Shown here in pieces: positions 63,088-64,000 of a stretch of 64,000 nt of DNA; within the stretch, counting starts at the first letter, position 1, and each line of letters opens with the position of its first letter. Origin of the DNA: a phage. Position numbers and translations under genes: made by a program. The stretch lies in the sequence record PX418922.1; one strand, given 5' to 3'. The notes under the pieces were generated by a model, which did no database searches, was not told where the DNA came from, and was given only the letters and a program-made list of their open reading frames with translations.

Positions 63088-63830
63088 TAATCCTCCTCAA
63101 GAGTTGAATAAAATTGAAGACCACCGTCCATATCGAAATAAGCAAATGTTAAGTTATTATTGAACACAGATCCAGTATCCATATAAACACGATTCGCATT
63201 GATAATAGGTGTTTTTACATAAGAGTGTCCATGAAACACATAATCCACACCCATCACAACAGGAAGTTTCATTCCCTCTTTAGCACAGTCTACCATATCT
63301 CTGTCCCACATAAGTGCTTCAGCAAAACGGTTTTCCTGTGTTTTTGTCATCTTCGAAATGTATTCTGGAATATCTGTTACAGGGAGATATTCCAAAGAAG
63401 ATGGATACCCACCATGAATAAACGCAAGTTTCATGCCTCTGTAGTTAACAATGAGAACAACAGGTAAATCTTCTGTCATCATTGTTAAGGCTGTAGCTCC
63501 TTCTTCACCACATTCTTCAAAGACCGTATATCCTCCATTTTGATACCAACACTCGTAGTAGCTACGATCTCCTTCCAGCATACCTTTAATCATCATGTCT
63601 TCATGATTGCCACGAATAGCGTAGCGATTGTGTTTACGAGTAAATTCTAAAACACAACGAAAGTTTTGCTTTCCACGGTCAGTAAGATCTCCTAGAGATA
63701 CAACCACATCTGTATCTCGGATACCTAACTTTGCCTTTCCTTTTTCATACAAATTATAACAACCGTGTAGATCTCCAATTATAAAAAGATCTTGATCGCT
63801 TTTAACAGTAATTTCTCTGTGTATGATCAC
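63087..63830 (-). CDS. Ser/Thr protein phosphatase (calcineurin-like metallophosphatase)
   Basis: Motifs GDLHG, GDLTDRG, GNHE; GTG start overlapping upstream stop (GTGA). Confidence 0.7.
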   Translation of the reverse strand: MIIHREITVKSDQDLFIIGDLHGCYNLYEKGKAKLGIRDTDVVVSLGDLTDRGKQNFRCVLEFTRKHNRYAIRGNHEDMMIKGMLEGDRSYYECWYQNGGYTVFEECGEEGATALTMMTEDLPVVLIVNYRGMKLAFIHGGYPSSLEYLPVTDIPEYISKMTKTQENRFAEALMWDRDMVDCAKEGMKLPVVMGVDYVFHGHSYVKTPIINANRVYMDTGSVFNNNLTFAYFDMDGGLQFYSTLEED

Positions 63831-64000
63831 TTATCCTCCTCAAAATCTAAGAAAATAAAAATATTCACCTTTCCTTCAATCTCTTGTTCTAAAACAAGAT
63901 CGGCAAATTCTGCATAAGCTTTCTCTTCAACTTTTTCAATATGTTCTGCGGCATCTTTAAAAGGCGTATCCCCATCCACCTTTACTAATAAGAAAAGAGA
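63827..64000 (-). CDS. hypothetical protein, C-terminal part only (gene starts beyond window end)
   Basis: Minus-strand frame open from the window edge (...DAAEHIEKVEEKAYAEFADLVLEQEIEGKVNIFIFLDFEEDK) to TGA at 63829-63827. Confidence 0.4.
   Translation of the reverse strand, partial: SLFLLVKVDGDTPFKDAAEHIEKVEEKAYAEFADLVLEQEIEGKVNIFIFLDFEEDK

Noticed and set aside
1-64000. Assigning the window to a specific named phage such as a T5-like or T4-like virus
   Set aside because: Several domains (T5orf172-like, anaerobic RNR, Ser/Thr phosphatase) occur in multiple large coliphage lineages and no hallmark structural or replication gene is in the window; naming the phage would be a guess without a database search.

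Overview
The window reads as a gene-dense early/accessory region of a large virulent tailed phage of an enterobacterial host: near-consensus sigma70 promoters, strong Shine-Dalgarno sites, many tiny tightly packed or overlapping genes, and no capsid, tail or terminase genes. No tRNA, rRNA or CRISPR array was found. There are three transcription blocks. (1) Minus strand, 1-21.4 kb: a tellurite-resistance-like set (vWA/TerY-like, TelA-like, SprT-like protease, TerC), a macro / phosphoribosyltransferase / HAD-like / 2H-phosphoesterase cluster, nrdG-nrdD, and a UvrD-like helicase. (2) Plus strand, 21.5-55.7 kb: an AAA ATPase, two GIY-YIG/T5orf172-like zinc-ribbon proteins, a NADAR protein, then a compositionally distinct 9-kb island (28.7-37.9 kb) of about 28 very small genes, most with their own TTGACA-N16/17-TAnnnT promoter followed by a conserved 5' leader hairpin; then a 1.5-kb repeat-rich non-coding region and about 50 small ORFs including paralog families and a serine recombinase. 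(3) Minus strand, 56.0-64.0 kb: Sir2-like, C5-methyltransferase-like, NTase-fold, DprA-like and Ser/Thr phosphatase genes. The strongest candidates for something undescribed are the promoter-plus-hairpin micro-gene island with its flanking Fur-box-like palindromes, and the dispersed NAD/ADP-ribose-related gene set next to the Ter-like module. All functional calls rest on motifs read by eye from the translations; no database search was run.
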